A stretch of 64,000 nt of DNA from Candidatus Cloacimonadales bacterium (GCA_963662275.1 OY759316.1:3840001-3904000); one strand, 5' to 3'; numbered from the stretch's first letter, positions 41,029 to 51,274 are shown. Notes: a model not told the origin generated them from the sequence alone. Numbers and translations are program-made.

Positions 41029-42442
41029 TCGACTCCATCCTTTTATGTAGAACTATAATATAATCTCTATTAATGCGCTCTTCTCTTGGTACCTTAATAA
41101 AGTGCTTTATGATTTCAGAAGCAAACCAAGTTTCTATTTCGTAACCAATCATCTTACTTATTTCAAGTATATATTTCCATGATTCAAATACGACATTTCT
41201 AATGCGATTATTACCGATAACAATGATATAATGCGAATCAGGTTTCAGAACTCTAAATACTTCGCGTAAATTCTGCTCCATATCCTTCAGATATTTATAC
41301 GCTATATAGCTACGTCGCGGATCAAGCAAATATATTTCATCAAGAATGGAATCGATTGAAGCAATACCAAAATGATGAATGTTATTGTAATCCTTTGAAG
41401 TAACTGCCTCTGTTCCTACATGTTTCTTTTTCAGATGGTTCAAAGACCCATTTTTAAAACCTAGCCAATACAATTCTAATTGATGTGTACGTGGATAATC
41501 AACCGCATTCACATATGGTGGTGATGTTATTGCACAATCAAAATAAGAATCAGGATATTGAATATGTAATGCATCACTAGTCGTTGGAATCTCAATTTTA
41601 GCCTTTGTTTGATCTGTTACTTCATTAAATTCCTTCATTTTATATGTGTTTATTAATACCGCTTCGATGAATTTGGTCATTGTCATTAGTGGTTGAATAT
41701 CTTTATTTAGTTTTTTTCTTACTACGGTTCTGGTACAATTATCATCTGCGTTAGATACACTTCGGATTATCGATGAAAAGCAAACCCTATAAAAATCTTT
41801 ATAGTCAGAATTCGAATTCAATGTCTCTATCATCTGTTTAATGTACGCTAGTTCATTTATGATAAATGGTTTGAACCAATTATCTCGATAAGGGAATTCT
41901 AGTAAATATTCAGGTTTTATATTTTCTGGTTGAAATAAGAGAAGATTGTTTATTATTTTAGAATTATAACTAAGTAAGACAGATGTATCCAAGTTCGTTG
42001 ATTTTACCTTAACTAGAAGACGGCAAAATTCTTCGATGTCAATTGCGACTGAATTTCTATCATGTAAAAGTGCTTCTAAGTTTACTGTTCCACTACCAGC
42101 AAAGGGATCTAGTATTATATCATCTGGTTTTGTATATTTTTCAATTAGCCATCTTGGTAACTCAGGGAAAAATTTTGCCGGATACTTATGAATATTGTGT
42201 AAGTATTTTGATTGATCATAACTTATGAAAAGAAATGAATCTCCCTCTGTTATCGGCAAATTCACAGGAATATTGCCTTCAACTCTTACCATTTTTTCAC
42301 CGAAATTGTTGGAAATTTCTTGCAATGAAGTAATCTGGTATCTTTCAAAAAAAGGGAGTCTCTCCTTTTTGGTTAATTTGGATAATTTGATCTCAACTTT
42401 ATTATAAATTTGAGCTAAATCAACTCTCTTTGTTTGTTCCAT
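41021..42442 (-). CDS. DNA methyltransferase, probably N4-cytosine (motif I before motif IV)
   Basis: HKYPAKF, LDPFAGSGT, ITSPPY, RVLKP. Confidence 0.9.
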   Translation of the reverse strand: MEQTKRVDLAQIYNKVEIKLSKLTKKERLPFFERYQITSLQEISNNFGEKMVRVEGNIPVNLPITEGDSFLFISYDQSKYLHNIHKYPAKFFPELPRWLIEKYTKPDDIILDPFAGSGTVNLEALLHDRNSVAIDIEEFCRLLVKVKSTNLDTSVLLSYNSKIINNLLLFQPENIKPEYLLEFPYRDNWFKPFIINELAYIKQMIETLNSNSDYKDFYRVCFSSIIRSVSNADDNCTRTVVRKKLNKDIQPLMTMTKFIEAVLINTYKMKEFNEVTDQTKAKIEIPTTSDALHIQYPDSYFDCAITSPPYVNAVDYPRTHQLELYWLGFKNGSLNHLKKKHVGTEAVTSKDYNNIHHFGIASIDSILDEIYLLDPRRSYIAYKYLKDMEQNLREVFRVLKPDSHYIIVIGNNRIRNVVFESWKYILEISKMIGYEIETWFASEIIKHFIKVPREERINRDYIIVLHKRMESNE

Positions 42443-42726
42443 GTTTTTGCTCCATTATTTCTAATTCAAATAAGATTAGAAGCTAAAAAATTGATTAATA
42501 AGTCAAGTACAAATGTTATACATGAATTTTAATGTGACTTTTTATTATGGTAATGAAGTAATTGTCTAGTTCTCTATAGATTTCAAGTTGTATCATCTGC
42601 TCTTCAAGTAGCTACAAATACCTCGAATCATACTCCTTCTACAAAACATTACGATTTCGTTTGACAAAAACTATGACATATTATCATCCTTTATCAGAAG
42701 TAATAATCTTTAATAAAGGAGAATCG

Positions 42727-43983
42727 ATGTTGTCACAAGAAATGAAGGACTTTTTAAGAGAAGAAGCCAAAACGAGATTTCTTCGTTATGTTCAGATCAA
42801 TACTGAATCAGATCCTACCAATGATGCAACTCCCTCTGCGCCATGTGAATGGGATTTGGCTCATCTCCTATTCAGTGAGTTGAAAGACTTAGGCATCCAG
42901 GATACGGCTTTGGATGAATTTTGCTATGTGTATGCGAATATCCCTGCTAATGCTGGAATCACTTCTCCTGCTATCAGTTTCATTGCCCATATGGATACTG
43001 CTCCAGGGGAATCAGGAAAGGATGTGAAACCGATCATTCATAAAAATTATGACGGGTCTCCCATTATGTATCCTGATAAGCCGGAAACACCTCTCACGAT
43101 TGAAGAAGCACCTTCTTTAAAGAATTACATCGGTGAAGATATCATTACTGCGTCAGGCTTAACACTCTTAGGAGCAGATGATAAAGCCGGTGTTGCGGAA
43201 ATAATGGCAGCTTTGGCACTGTTACAGAAGTATCCTGATTTGCCTCATCCTGAATTACGGATATGTTTCACTCCAGATGAAGAGATTGGTGCTGGAACAG
43301 TAAAAATAACCTTGAAAAAGCTGGGTAAATTTGCTTATACTCTTGATGGTGGTCAAATCGGTGAATTAGAGGATGAATGTTTCAATGCCTATAGTGTTAA
43401 ACTGCACTTTGTCGGTAAAAACGTCCATCCTGGCTATTCCAAAAACGTGATGATCAACGCGGGTACAATAGCATCTCGCTTCCTCGCTGAATTTCCTGAA
43501 AATGAAACCCCCGAACATACTGCAAATCGGGAAGGATTCTTCCATCTCTCCAGCCTGGTTGGTGACCCTAATGATGCCCATGCAGATCTTATTCTCAGGG
43601 ATTTTGAAGTGGAGAATAATCTAAAACGAATCAAACAAATCGAAAGTATGATTATCGTTTATGAAATGCGTTATCCGGGGTTGAAAATTGAGATGACAAC
43701 CAAAAATAGTTATCGGAACATGAGAGAAATACTTCAGAATCATCCAAACGTGATAGAACTGGCAGAAGCAGCTTTCCATGCTGCTGGAATTGAACCTAAG
43801 CGAGAACCTATTCGTGGTGGTACGGATGGAGCAAGATTATGCTTTATGGGTATTCCAACACCCAATATTTTTGCAGGTGGATTGATGTTTCATTCCAAGA
43901 AGGAATGGATTCCAATTATCGCTTTACAAAAAGGGGCTGAAGTCCTGGTTCACTTGTGTCGTTTATGGGCTGAAAGAGGTTAA
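42727..43983 (+). CDS. pepT: Peptidase T
   Basis: AHMDT, LGADDKAG, FTPDEEIG, HPGYSK, IRGGTDG; ATG 42727 after AAGGAG. Confidence 0.95.
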   Translation: MLSQEMKDFLREEAKTRFLRYVQINTESDPTNDATPSAPCEWDLAHLLFSELKDLGIQDTALDEFCYVYANIPANAGITSPAISFIAHMDTAPGESGKDVKPIIHKNYDGSPIMYPDKPETPLTIEEAPSLKNYIGEDIITASGLTLLGADDKAGVAEIMAALALLQKYPDLPHPELRICFTPDEEIGAGTVKITLKKLGKFAYTLDGGQIGELEDECFNAYSVKLHFVGKNVHPGYSKNVMINAGTIASRFLAEFPENETPEHTANREGFFHLSSLVGDPNDAHADLILRDFEVENNLKRIKQIESMIIVYEMRYPGLKIEMTTKNSYRNMREILQNHPNVIELAEAAFHAAGIEPKREPIRGGTDGARLCFMGIPTPNIFAGGLMFHSKKEWIPIIALQKGAEVLVHLCRLWAERG

Positions 43984-43984
43984 A

Positions 43985-45154
43985 ATGATAAAACTGCTGT
44001 TTGCTATTATATTTCTCTTCTGCTGCTTCACATGCTTATGTGCAAGCAGCGGTCAGATTACTTTCCATGTGGGTGTTCCCACTAATACTTCGGAACATGC
44101 TAAGTTGTTTATTGCCGGTGATTTTAATAACTGGAATGCTGCTGATCCTCAATTCGAATTAAAGAAAAAGGATAACAGCTATTCATGTACAATGACCATG
44201 GAATCAGGGAAAACGATCTATTACAAAATCACCCGCGGAAGCTGGGAAACAGTGGAAAAAACCAAGACAGGTGAAGAAATCGATAATAGAAGTGCTGTTT
44301 TTACAACCGAACATCAAACAATCAATATCAAGGTGGAGAATTGGCGTGATATGACAGAAAAACCAAAAACTCACACGATTACCGGACATGTGGAAACCAT
44401 TGAACATTTTCCATTACCTCAATTAAAGACTGCCCGAAGAGTTTGGATTTATTTACCACCGGATTATGATACTTCCGGTAAAAAATATCCTACTCTGTAT
44501 TTACAGGATGGACAGAATGTCTTTGATGCTGCCACTTCATTTGCCGGGGAATGGAAAGTAGATGAAACAATGGATACATTATTTCAGGATAAAAAGTGTG
44601 CCGGGATGATTGTAGTTGCTATTGATAATGCAGGCAGTGAGCGAATGAATGAATATTCACCCTGGAATAACGTCAGTTACGGGGGAGGGAAAGGAGACAA
44701 GTATGCAGAATTTCTTGCCTTATCTTTGAAACCATATATTGATTCACATTTCAGGACTCTCCCTGATCGACAGTTTACAGGTATTGGAGGCAGCTCCATG
44801 GGTGGATTCATTTCACTATATACGGCACTCAGGTATCCAACTGTCTTTGGTAAGGTGATTGCCTTTTCCACAGCTTTCTGGTTCGCAAAATTTCCGATGC
44901 GTGAACAAATTAAATTAACTGGTGCACAACCCAATATGAGAATATATATGTATGTTGGTACCGATGAAGGAGATAAACCGGAGATGAAGGAATTATATGT
45001 CCGTGATTCAAGGGAAATTTATCAGCTTTTAGGAGCAAGTGGTTATGCTGAGAATAATCTTCGAATCGTTGTAACGGAGCAGGCAAAGCATAATGAACAA
45101 GCTTGGGCAAAACAGTTTCCCGATGCCATTATGTGGTTATATGAAGACAATTAA
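43985..45154 (+). CDS. Secreted CBM20/CBM48-like domain plus alpha/beta hydrolase (esterase)
   Basis: IAGDFNNW, YKITRGSWETVE, YLQDGQN, GSSMGG, HNEQAW. Confidence 0.85.
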   Translation: MIKLLFAIIFLFCCFTCLCASSGQITFHVGVPTNTSEHAKLFIAGDFNNWNAADPQFELKKKDNSYSCTMTMESGKTIYYKITRGSWETVEKTKTGEEIDNRSAVFTTEHQTINIKVENWRDMTEKPKTHTITGHVETIEHFPLPQLKTARRVWIYLPPDYDTSGKKYPTLYLQDGQNVFDAATSFAGEWKVDETMDTLFQDKKCAGMIVVAIDNAGSERMNEYSPWNNVSYGGGKGDKYAEFLALSLKPYIDSHFRTLPDRQFTGIGGSSMGGFISLYTALRYPTVFGKVIAFSTAFWFAKFPMREQIKLTGAQPNMRIYMYVGTDEGDKPEMKELYVRDSREIYQLLGASGYAENNLRIVVTEQAKHNEQAWAKQFPDAIMWLYEDN

Positions 45155-45177
45155 TTTCTGATCAGGGATAGATCAAT

Positions 45178-46209
45178 TTGCGTATTCTTATTATCAGATT
45201 GAGTAGCTTTGGCGACATTATTCTTACCGAACCTATCACGACGGTATTACGTAAAATCTATCCGGCTGCAGAAATAGACTTTTTGACAAATCCGCAATAT
45301 GCTACTCTTCCACGCATGTTTCCTAATATCAATACGGTATATATCTGGAATAAAGACAGGGAAAGCATAGAAATGCTCAGGAAGCGTAATTATGATCTTG
45401 TATTAGATCTGCATGGAAAGCTTCAGTCATTTTTCTTTCGTTTCCAATTAAAAGCTCCCCGTAGTATCACCTATAAAAAAAAACATAACTTAAGATACAA
45501 AATTGTAAAAAAGCTGACAACCAGAGCAATCGCAAGTACCACAGAATTATACGCTTCTGTGCTTGATAATTTGGGCTTTCCTTATCATCTTCAAAGACCT
45601 GTGCTCATCCCTTTACGACAGAAAGACCCGCTCATGGAGGACACTTTCAAGGACAAGCGGGAATCAAAACATACTTATATCGGTGTTTTTCCGGGAGCGA
45701 ATCACGTTACTAAAATCTATCCTCTTGAACGATTGTCAGCAGTATTACTTAATTTACCTGAAGAATGGAAGATCTGCTATGTTTTTTTAGGGGGACCCAA
45801 AGAGAAGAAAATCAACGAAGTCCTATGTAAGCAGATGAAATATCCGAGTGTTGACTTAACCGGTCAACTCGATTATCTGAATCTTGCGAATATCGTGAAT
45901 GAATTGGATATTGTAATCAGTATGGATAGCGGTCCCATGCATCTTGCAGCCTCCCTGGGCAAACCCCAGGTTGCCATTTTTGGTTCTACTCATACGAAGC
46001 TTGGATTTGCTCCCCAAAATCAGAAAGCTATCGTTCTTCAGAAAAATCTGGCATGTCAGCCATGTTCTTTACATGGAACAGAAAGATGTCCCAAAGGACA
46101 CTTCAAATGCATGAATCTGATCGAACCTCAAGATGTCATTTCAGCCGTAGTTGAGCTTTATGATATGTATGTGAAGAAACAACCCGATAACTTGAATGAA
46201 ACAGATTGA
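45178..46209 (+). CDS. Glycosyltransferase family 9 (heptosyltransferase-like)
   Basis: RLSSFGDIIL, DSGPMHLA, CQPCSLHG..CP..HFKCM. Confidence 0.92.
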   Translation: MRILIIRLSSFGDIILTEPITTVLRKIYPAAEIDFLTNPQYATLPRMFPNINTVYIWNKDRESIEMLRKRNYDLVLDLHGKLQSFFFRFQLKAPRSITYKKKHNLRYKIVKKLTTRAIASTTELYASVLDNLGFPYHLQRPVLIPLRQKDPLMEDTFKDKRESKHTYIGVFPGANHVTKIYPLERLSAVLLNLPEEWKICYVFLGGPKEKKINEVLCKQMKYPSVDLTGQLDYLNLANIVNELDIVISMDSGPMHLAASLGKPQVAIFGSTHTKLGFAPQNQKAIVLQKNLACQPCSLHGTERCPKGHFKCMNLIEPQDVISAVVELYDMYVKKQPDNLNETD

Positions 46210-46417
46210 ATTTACTGCTCAGATAATCGTTCCACCCGATGCTCCAAAAGCTGCTTATTAAGAGAAGCGATTCATTATACGCACGAATAAACGAAACCCA
46301 AGCATAACTCAAAACAAACTCAAACGACACTGAACCATCCCTCAAATCCTGAGAGAATCATATGGGCATCCTAAGGGAAGTTAAATTATGTTTTAAACTT
46401 ATTGAAAACTAGTTTTT

Positions 46418-46803
46418 GCTACGGAATACCTGTTTCTGGGTCGCCATCTATTTGATGGTGCTACGTGCTCTTTTAGAGGACGTATTATCTTCATCGGCAT
46501 TTCGATCAGGAAACCACCGGATGTCAGATCATGTTAAAACATTATAACGGCTGAAGCAGTTGATCCAACGACTGAAGTTGTTGCTACGGAATACTTGTTT
46601 CTGGGTCGCCATCTATCTGATGGTGCTACGTGCTCTTTTAGAGGACGTATTCTCTTCACCGGCATTTCGATGGGGAAACACCGGATGTCAGATAATGTTA
46701 AAACATTATAACGGCTGAAGCAGTTGATCCAACGACTGAAGTTGTTGCTACGGAATACACACTGAAGTTGTTGCTACGGAATACACACTGAAGTTGTTGC
46801 TAC
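46418..46803. repeat. Tandem 165/164-bp duplication plus 26-bp units built on a GTAG-type REP
   Basis: GCTACGGAATAC starts at 46418, 46583, 46747 and 46773 (partial at 46799); the REP reads GTAGCAACAACTTCAGTCGTTG on the minus strand. Confidence 0.9.
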
Positions 46804-46830
46804 TCAGAGGATAGACACATGGGTCTATCC

Positions 46831-48474
46831 CTACCTTACTATCGTTATTTTTCCTTTATGCTGTGCTTCACCGCTGGTGAATACGCACACATAAACCCCT
46901 GATGAAAGATCATTTAAATTGTAAGTTGCAGAACCGGATTTGGCTTGCTCTGCATTCATAGTAAACGACTTGACTTTCTGTCCCCGGATATTATAGATTT
47001 CGAAGGTAGAAGCTCCCCCCTTGGGAAGGGGGGTAGGGGGGTCAACAGTGAATCTGATGTTAAGTTCAGAATTCCAAGACTGCAGCGGATTCGGATACAA
47101 CTGCAGTTTGGAGATTGCAGGTGTATTTGTATTATCCGAGATGGATGTTGGGTCATCCAGTTGCGTATTTCCGGCATAAACAAATACTTTACCCGGATAG
47201 GGAGAACCGGAATAATCAAACGGTGCCGAAATGGCAGCATCGCAGCAGCCGTCTCCATTGTAATCGCCCATTGTCAGGCAGAAACCATACATCTTATTGT
47301 TATCGTTCAATGTTGGTGTCAAATGCAGATCAGGACCTCCGTTCATGGGTATGCCTCCTATCCACAGGTAGGCGTCTCCATAACCGCTAAACTGGGTAAC
47401 ATTTGTGCCCATCAGATCATCTGTGCCATTACCATTCACATCACCGTGACCAAAACCATCACCACCAGCATCTCCGTTATAAGGTGGTGATATATTCACA
47501 TAGTTTGTTCCATTAAAACCAGTTCCCCCAAAAAATAGTATGGCATTCGAACCTCTAAATGCGGTCACAATATCTGCATGACCATCACCATTTACGTCAC
47601 CTGCTGGATAGGCGAAAGAATTCCTCAGATTTGAATCATCTGCGATCACTAAACTATCGCTATATATTCCTGATAAATTGCCATAATAAAGAACAATCCT
47701 ATGAGTTGGATTACTGTTTGAACCATATCCATATCCGAGATAAAAGTCATCTATACCATCTGCATTTACATCTCCGATACCGCAGATATCAGCGTTATCC
47801 TGGACATTACTAATTTCATCAAATACTGTATTTAACATACCTCCACCATAGGTAATACCAATCTGGATCTGATATGGATAACCATGTCTAAGCGTAATAT
47901 ATCCGATATCAGCGAAACCATCGTGATTGATATCACCTAAACCACGAACGTGACAAAAGGTATTATCCCATTCCTCCCTCGGGAAAGTGAGTATATAATC
48001 GGGAACAGTATCGGGATTCGCACCGCCGTAAAAGACGCAGAGCTGGAGATTAAAAGCCTGGCTATTGGTTCCTTCATACATCGATGCCCTGAATAATGTC
48101 AGGTCATCTATCCCATCACCATTCATATCGCCCGCATTGCACATGGAGTATGAAAGTCCATATTCTATCTCATGGTGACCGGTGATTTCCATTTCAGGCA
48201 CATTATCAAAATTGGGACCGCCAAAATAAAAGTATAGTTTACCATATGGATATGGTGGATAAGAAGGTGTATAACCTCTGGGATCCCAATTAGGTGATGC
48301 AATAACTAAATCATCGTTGCCATCTCCATTCCAATCAAGAGTTGTCATGATTAATCCCATTCCGAAGAAATCATCTTCCCCTGTCATAGTGGTCATAATA
48401 TCCATGTGGTTCAAGGCAGGGAGAATTCCTGTGAAGAGCAGGAAGGCGAAGATGATGATAAATAATTTATTCAT
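46831..48474 (-). CDS. FG-GAP repeat protein with C-terminal secretion (T9SS/FlgD-like) domain
   Basis: Seven (G)DxNxDG.(D/A)D repeats; LYPNP...EIYNIRGQKV...SSGVY; ATG 48474 after AAGGAG. Confidence 0.88.
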   Translation of the reverse strand: MNKLFIIIFAFLLFTGILPALNHMDIMTTMTGEDDFFGMGLIMTTLDWNGDGNDDLVIASPNWDPRGYTPSYPPYPYGKLYFYFGGPNFDNVPEMEITGHHEIEYGLSYSMCNAGDMNGDGIDDLTLFRASMYEGTNSQAFNLQLCVFYGGANPDTVPDYILTFPREEWDNTFCHVRGLGDINHDGFADIGYITLRHGYPYQIQIGITYGGGMLNTVFDEISNVQDNADICGIGDVNADGIDDFYLGYGYGSNSNPTHRIVLYYGNLSGIYSDSLVIADDSNLRNSFAYPAGDVNGDGHADIVTAFRGSNAILFFGGTGFNGTNYVNISPPYNGDAGGDGFGHGDVNGNGTDDLMGTNVTQFSGYGDAYLWIGGIPMNGGPDLHLTPTLNDNNKMYGFCLTMGDYNGDGCCDAAISAPFDYSGSPYPGKVFVYAGNTQLDDPTSISDNTNTPAISKLQLYPNPLQSWNSELNIRFTVDPPTPLPKGGASTFEIYNIRGQKVKSFTMNAEQAKSGSATYNLNDLSSGVYVCVFTSGEAQHKGKITIVR

Positions 48475-48820
48475 TATAAACTCCTTATAAAATTGACATA
48501 CACAGCTTACTTCAGGAAGTTTTATCTCACAAATGGTGGCTGTTTCCTTCAGGTAACATGTTAACATGGTTTACCTTGTTTCTATCTGTAATACAATGAC
48601 CTAAAGAACATTACCCACAAGCTGAAGAAGTAACCACAAAGAAACTGCATTCTAAAGTAAGCGCACAAAACCAGTATCACATATAAAATAATAACATTTC
48701 ATTTCAAGTCAAGGATTGTTTTTCCAGGGTTGTTTCAATGAACTTTTACTCTCACGTTTATAGTCTGCAACATTCTTCAGTATTGCATCATTTAAAATAT
48801 GACCTATCCACCTCACAAGA

Positions 48821-49315
48821 TGAGGCGTTGCTGTGCCGTTGCACCTGTGGTGATTACTTCAGGAATCGTGGCAGCATGGTTCACCTTGCTTTTCGGAACG
48901 CTGTTTTCAAACGGCTATGCATATACACATAGCTCTCTTATTGCCGGAAACATACAAAAGAACTGCATCATTTAAAAAAAGTTTACCCCCCTTAATCCCC
49001 CCTCAGGTAGGGGGGTAAAAAGCTACCTTATCACCATTATCTTCTGTTTCTGCTGTACTCTCCACCTCACTTCGCAGTGACGCAGTTACATTCAGCTATA
49101 AGGCTTGACGATGCCTTAGAATGGGACTTGCACCCTCTGATTTCTGTCTATCGCTATCGCACTAGCTCTGCATTTACGCGGTTGAAGAGCTGGATGCCGA
49201 TCATGCTGCCTGTTATACAATCTGTAGGTGAGGCGTTGCTGTGCCGTTGCACCTGTGGTGATTACTTCAGGAATCGTGGCAGCATGGTTCACCTTGCTTT
49301 TCGGAACGCTGTTTT
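48821..49315. repeat. Two identical ~87-bp direct repeats (about 48821-48907 and 49229-49315)
   Basis: TGAGGCGTTGCTGTGCCGTTGCACCTGTGGTGATTACTTCAGGAATCGTGGCAGCATGGTTCACCTTGCTTTTCGGAACGCTGTTTT occurs twice. Confidence 0.9.
49045..49162 (-). mobile_element. Second, shorter group IIC intron 5' remnant
   Basis: Minus strand begins GTGCGATAGCGATAGACAGAAATC.GAGGGTGCAAGTCCCATT...GTAACTGCGTCAC; clearly homologous to 25205-25095. Confidence 0.75.
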
Positions 49316-49450
49316 TGAAGGAAAGCTTTCAGGTAAGCACCAGAGAAGTTGTTATTGTCAATTATTTAGGAATAAAACTTGCAGTGAATGTTATCTTCTG
49401 TAAATTTAGGAAATAAGGATAATTCGTAGTTTATCCTAAAGGAATTGTTT

Positions 49451-51256
49451 ATGCCGAAAACCCTGCTTTGTGTGTTCCTTTTAGTCGCATTGGCAGCAAC
49501 ATCTCTATTCGCTTTGGATAATGTCTGTTCAATGAAGATAGAACCTCCAAAAATACTTGCAGGTCAGGAAGGCAAAATCCTTGTTACTTTTACCATCCCT
49601 GAAGGATATCACCAATCCTATGAACAGGGAATTAACGATTTCTTTTTTATTGAACCACAGGCTTTAAAAGGAATTCAATACAAATCTTCCACATATCCCA
49701 GTGGGAAAAAAGATGAGAATGGCATCATTGCTTATTATCAATCCGTAACTGTTACCAGAGCTTTCAAAGTTGCATCTACGCTCACACCCGGCAAGTATCA
49801 ACTCAAAGTAAATACAGGTTGGCAATATTGCCTGGAAACAGGCTCATGTCTCATGCCTGATGAAAAGCTTCTCGCAGCAACATTGGAAGTCATACCTACA
49901 ACTGAAAAAAAAGCCATCTCTAATGTTACTTCTATAGAATCAAGCGACACACTTACTTCAATGCCTGTCTCTGAAAATACAGCTCAAGTTCCGAATAACC
50001 AGGCATCCGCAAAGCCATTACCTGGAGGGAAGATCAATTTACTAAAATTTCTTTTCATGGGTTTGATCGGCGGATTGATATTGAATGTCATGCCTTGTGT
50101 TCTTCCTGTGCTATCCATTAAAGCAATGAGTATTGTGAAGCAGAGTCATGAAGATAAAAAACAGATCATGGAGCATTCTTTCATTTATGTGCTCGGTATT
50201 ATGGTTTCCTTCTTAATTTTGGCTATTTTGGTTATAATTCTGAAACGACTGGGTTCTGAAGTAGGTTGGGGTTTCCAATTCCAAAATCCAAATTTTGTGA
50301 TTGTACTCAACGCTTTTATCTTTCTTTTTGCTTTATCCCTATTTGATGTCTTCATTATTTCTCTTCCCGGTATGAGTTACATCACCACACAAAGTTCTAG
50401 AAGAGGCTTAATAGGTTCCTTTATGGGTGGTGTTTTTGCGGTTGTCCTTGCCACTCCCTGCACGGCTCCATTTTTAGGAGCTGCCCTTGGCTTTGCTTTC
50501 AGCCAACCTGCTTATATTATTTTGCCCATGTTTCTGAGTATTGGTGTAGGGCTTGCTCTTCCTTTTATCATTATCGGCTTTTACCCCAAGTCTATAAAGG
50601 TTTTCCCAAAACCAGGTGAATGGATGAATATCTTCAAGGAGATCATGGGTTTTCTGCTTTTAGCAACCGTTGTTTGGTTATTGGATGTATTATTCAATCA
50701 AGTAGGCGGTGAAAATCTCATCCGCTATATTATATTCCTACTGCTGATCGGATTTGCAGCCTGGTTATATGGAAGATTCAGCAGACCAGAACACCCACAG
50801 CACTGGCAATGGATATTTTTTATCCTCAGTATCCTGATTATCATATTCTCTGCAACGATATTATTGAAATTTAAACCCTATGATCTGACAACAACGACTC
50901 AAAACCAGACTGAAGAATGGCAACCATTCTCCGCTGAGAAGGTTGACCAGGTGAAAAGCACAGGGAAGCCTGTGTTTATCGATTTTACAGCAACCTGGTG
51001 TATGACCTGTAAAGTGAATGAGAGAACTGTCCTTTATACTCCTGAAATCCGCAAGGCTTTTAAGGAAAAGAAAGTATCTCTATTTCGAGCAGATTATACA
51101 AATGGTGATAAAGTCATCGCTGATTGGCTGAAACGATATAAAAGAGCAGGAGTACCTCTCTACATCCTATATTTGCCAGGTAATAAGGAACCGATAGTAT
51201 TACCGGAAATGCTGACCAAGACAATCGTCTTAGAGGCGTTAAAAAAAATTGAATAG
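49451..51256 (+). CDS. dsbD: DsbD-family thiol:disulfide interchange protein
   Basis: N-domain CLETGSC, TM domain MPCVLP and ATPCTAPF, thioredoxin domain WCMTC. Confidence 0.92.
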   Translation: MPKTLLCVFLLVALAATSLFALDNVCSMKIEPPKILAGQEGKILVTFTIPEGYHQSYEQGINDFFFIEPQALKGIQYKSSTYPSGKKDENGIIAYYQSVTVTRAFKVASTLTPGKYQLKVNTGWQYCLETGSCLMPDEKLLAATLEVIPTTEKKAISNVTSIESSDTLTSMPVSENTAQVPNNQASAKPLPGGKINLLKFLFMGLIGGLILNVMPCVLPVLSIKAMSIVKQSHEDKKQIMEHSFIYVLGIMVSFLILAILVIILKRLGSEVGWGFQFQNPNFVIVLNAFIFLFALSLFDVFIISLPGMSYITTQSSRRGLIGSFMGGVFAVVLATPCTAPFLGAALGFAFSQPAYIILPMFLSIGVGLALPFIIIGFYPKSIKVFPKPGEWMNIFKEIMGFLLLATVVWLLDVLFNQVGGENLIRYIIFLLLIGFAAWLYGRFSRPEHPQHWQWIFFILSILIIIFSATILLKFKPYDLTTTTQNQTEEWQPFSAEKVDQVKSTGKPVFIDFTATWCMTCKVNERTVLYTPEIRKAFKEKKVSLFRADYTNGDKVIADWLKRYKRAGVPLYILYLPGNKEPIVLPEMLTKTIVLEALKKIE

Positions 51257-51274
51257 ATTTGGGGAATAATAATT

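Noticed and set aside
42661..42726. TTG start of pepT and a TTGACA promoter at 42661
   Set aside because: The RBS supports ATG 42727, and the spacing from TTGACA to the nearest -10-like hexamer is only 15 bp.
46418..46803. Possible CRISPR array (recurring ACTGAAGTTGTTGCTACGGAATAC)
   Set aside because: The intervening sequences are either near-identical ~140-bp copies or 2 bp, not unique spacers of uniform length, and no cas genes are present.
48738..49416. Short ORFs sharing the peptide EALLCRCTCGDYFRNRGSMVHLAFRNAVF
   Set aside because: The shared peptide is just the translation of the 87-bp DNA repeat; there is no RBS or other coding support.
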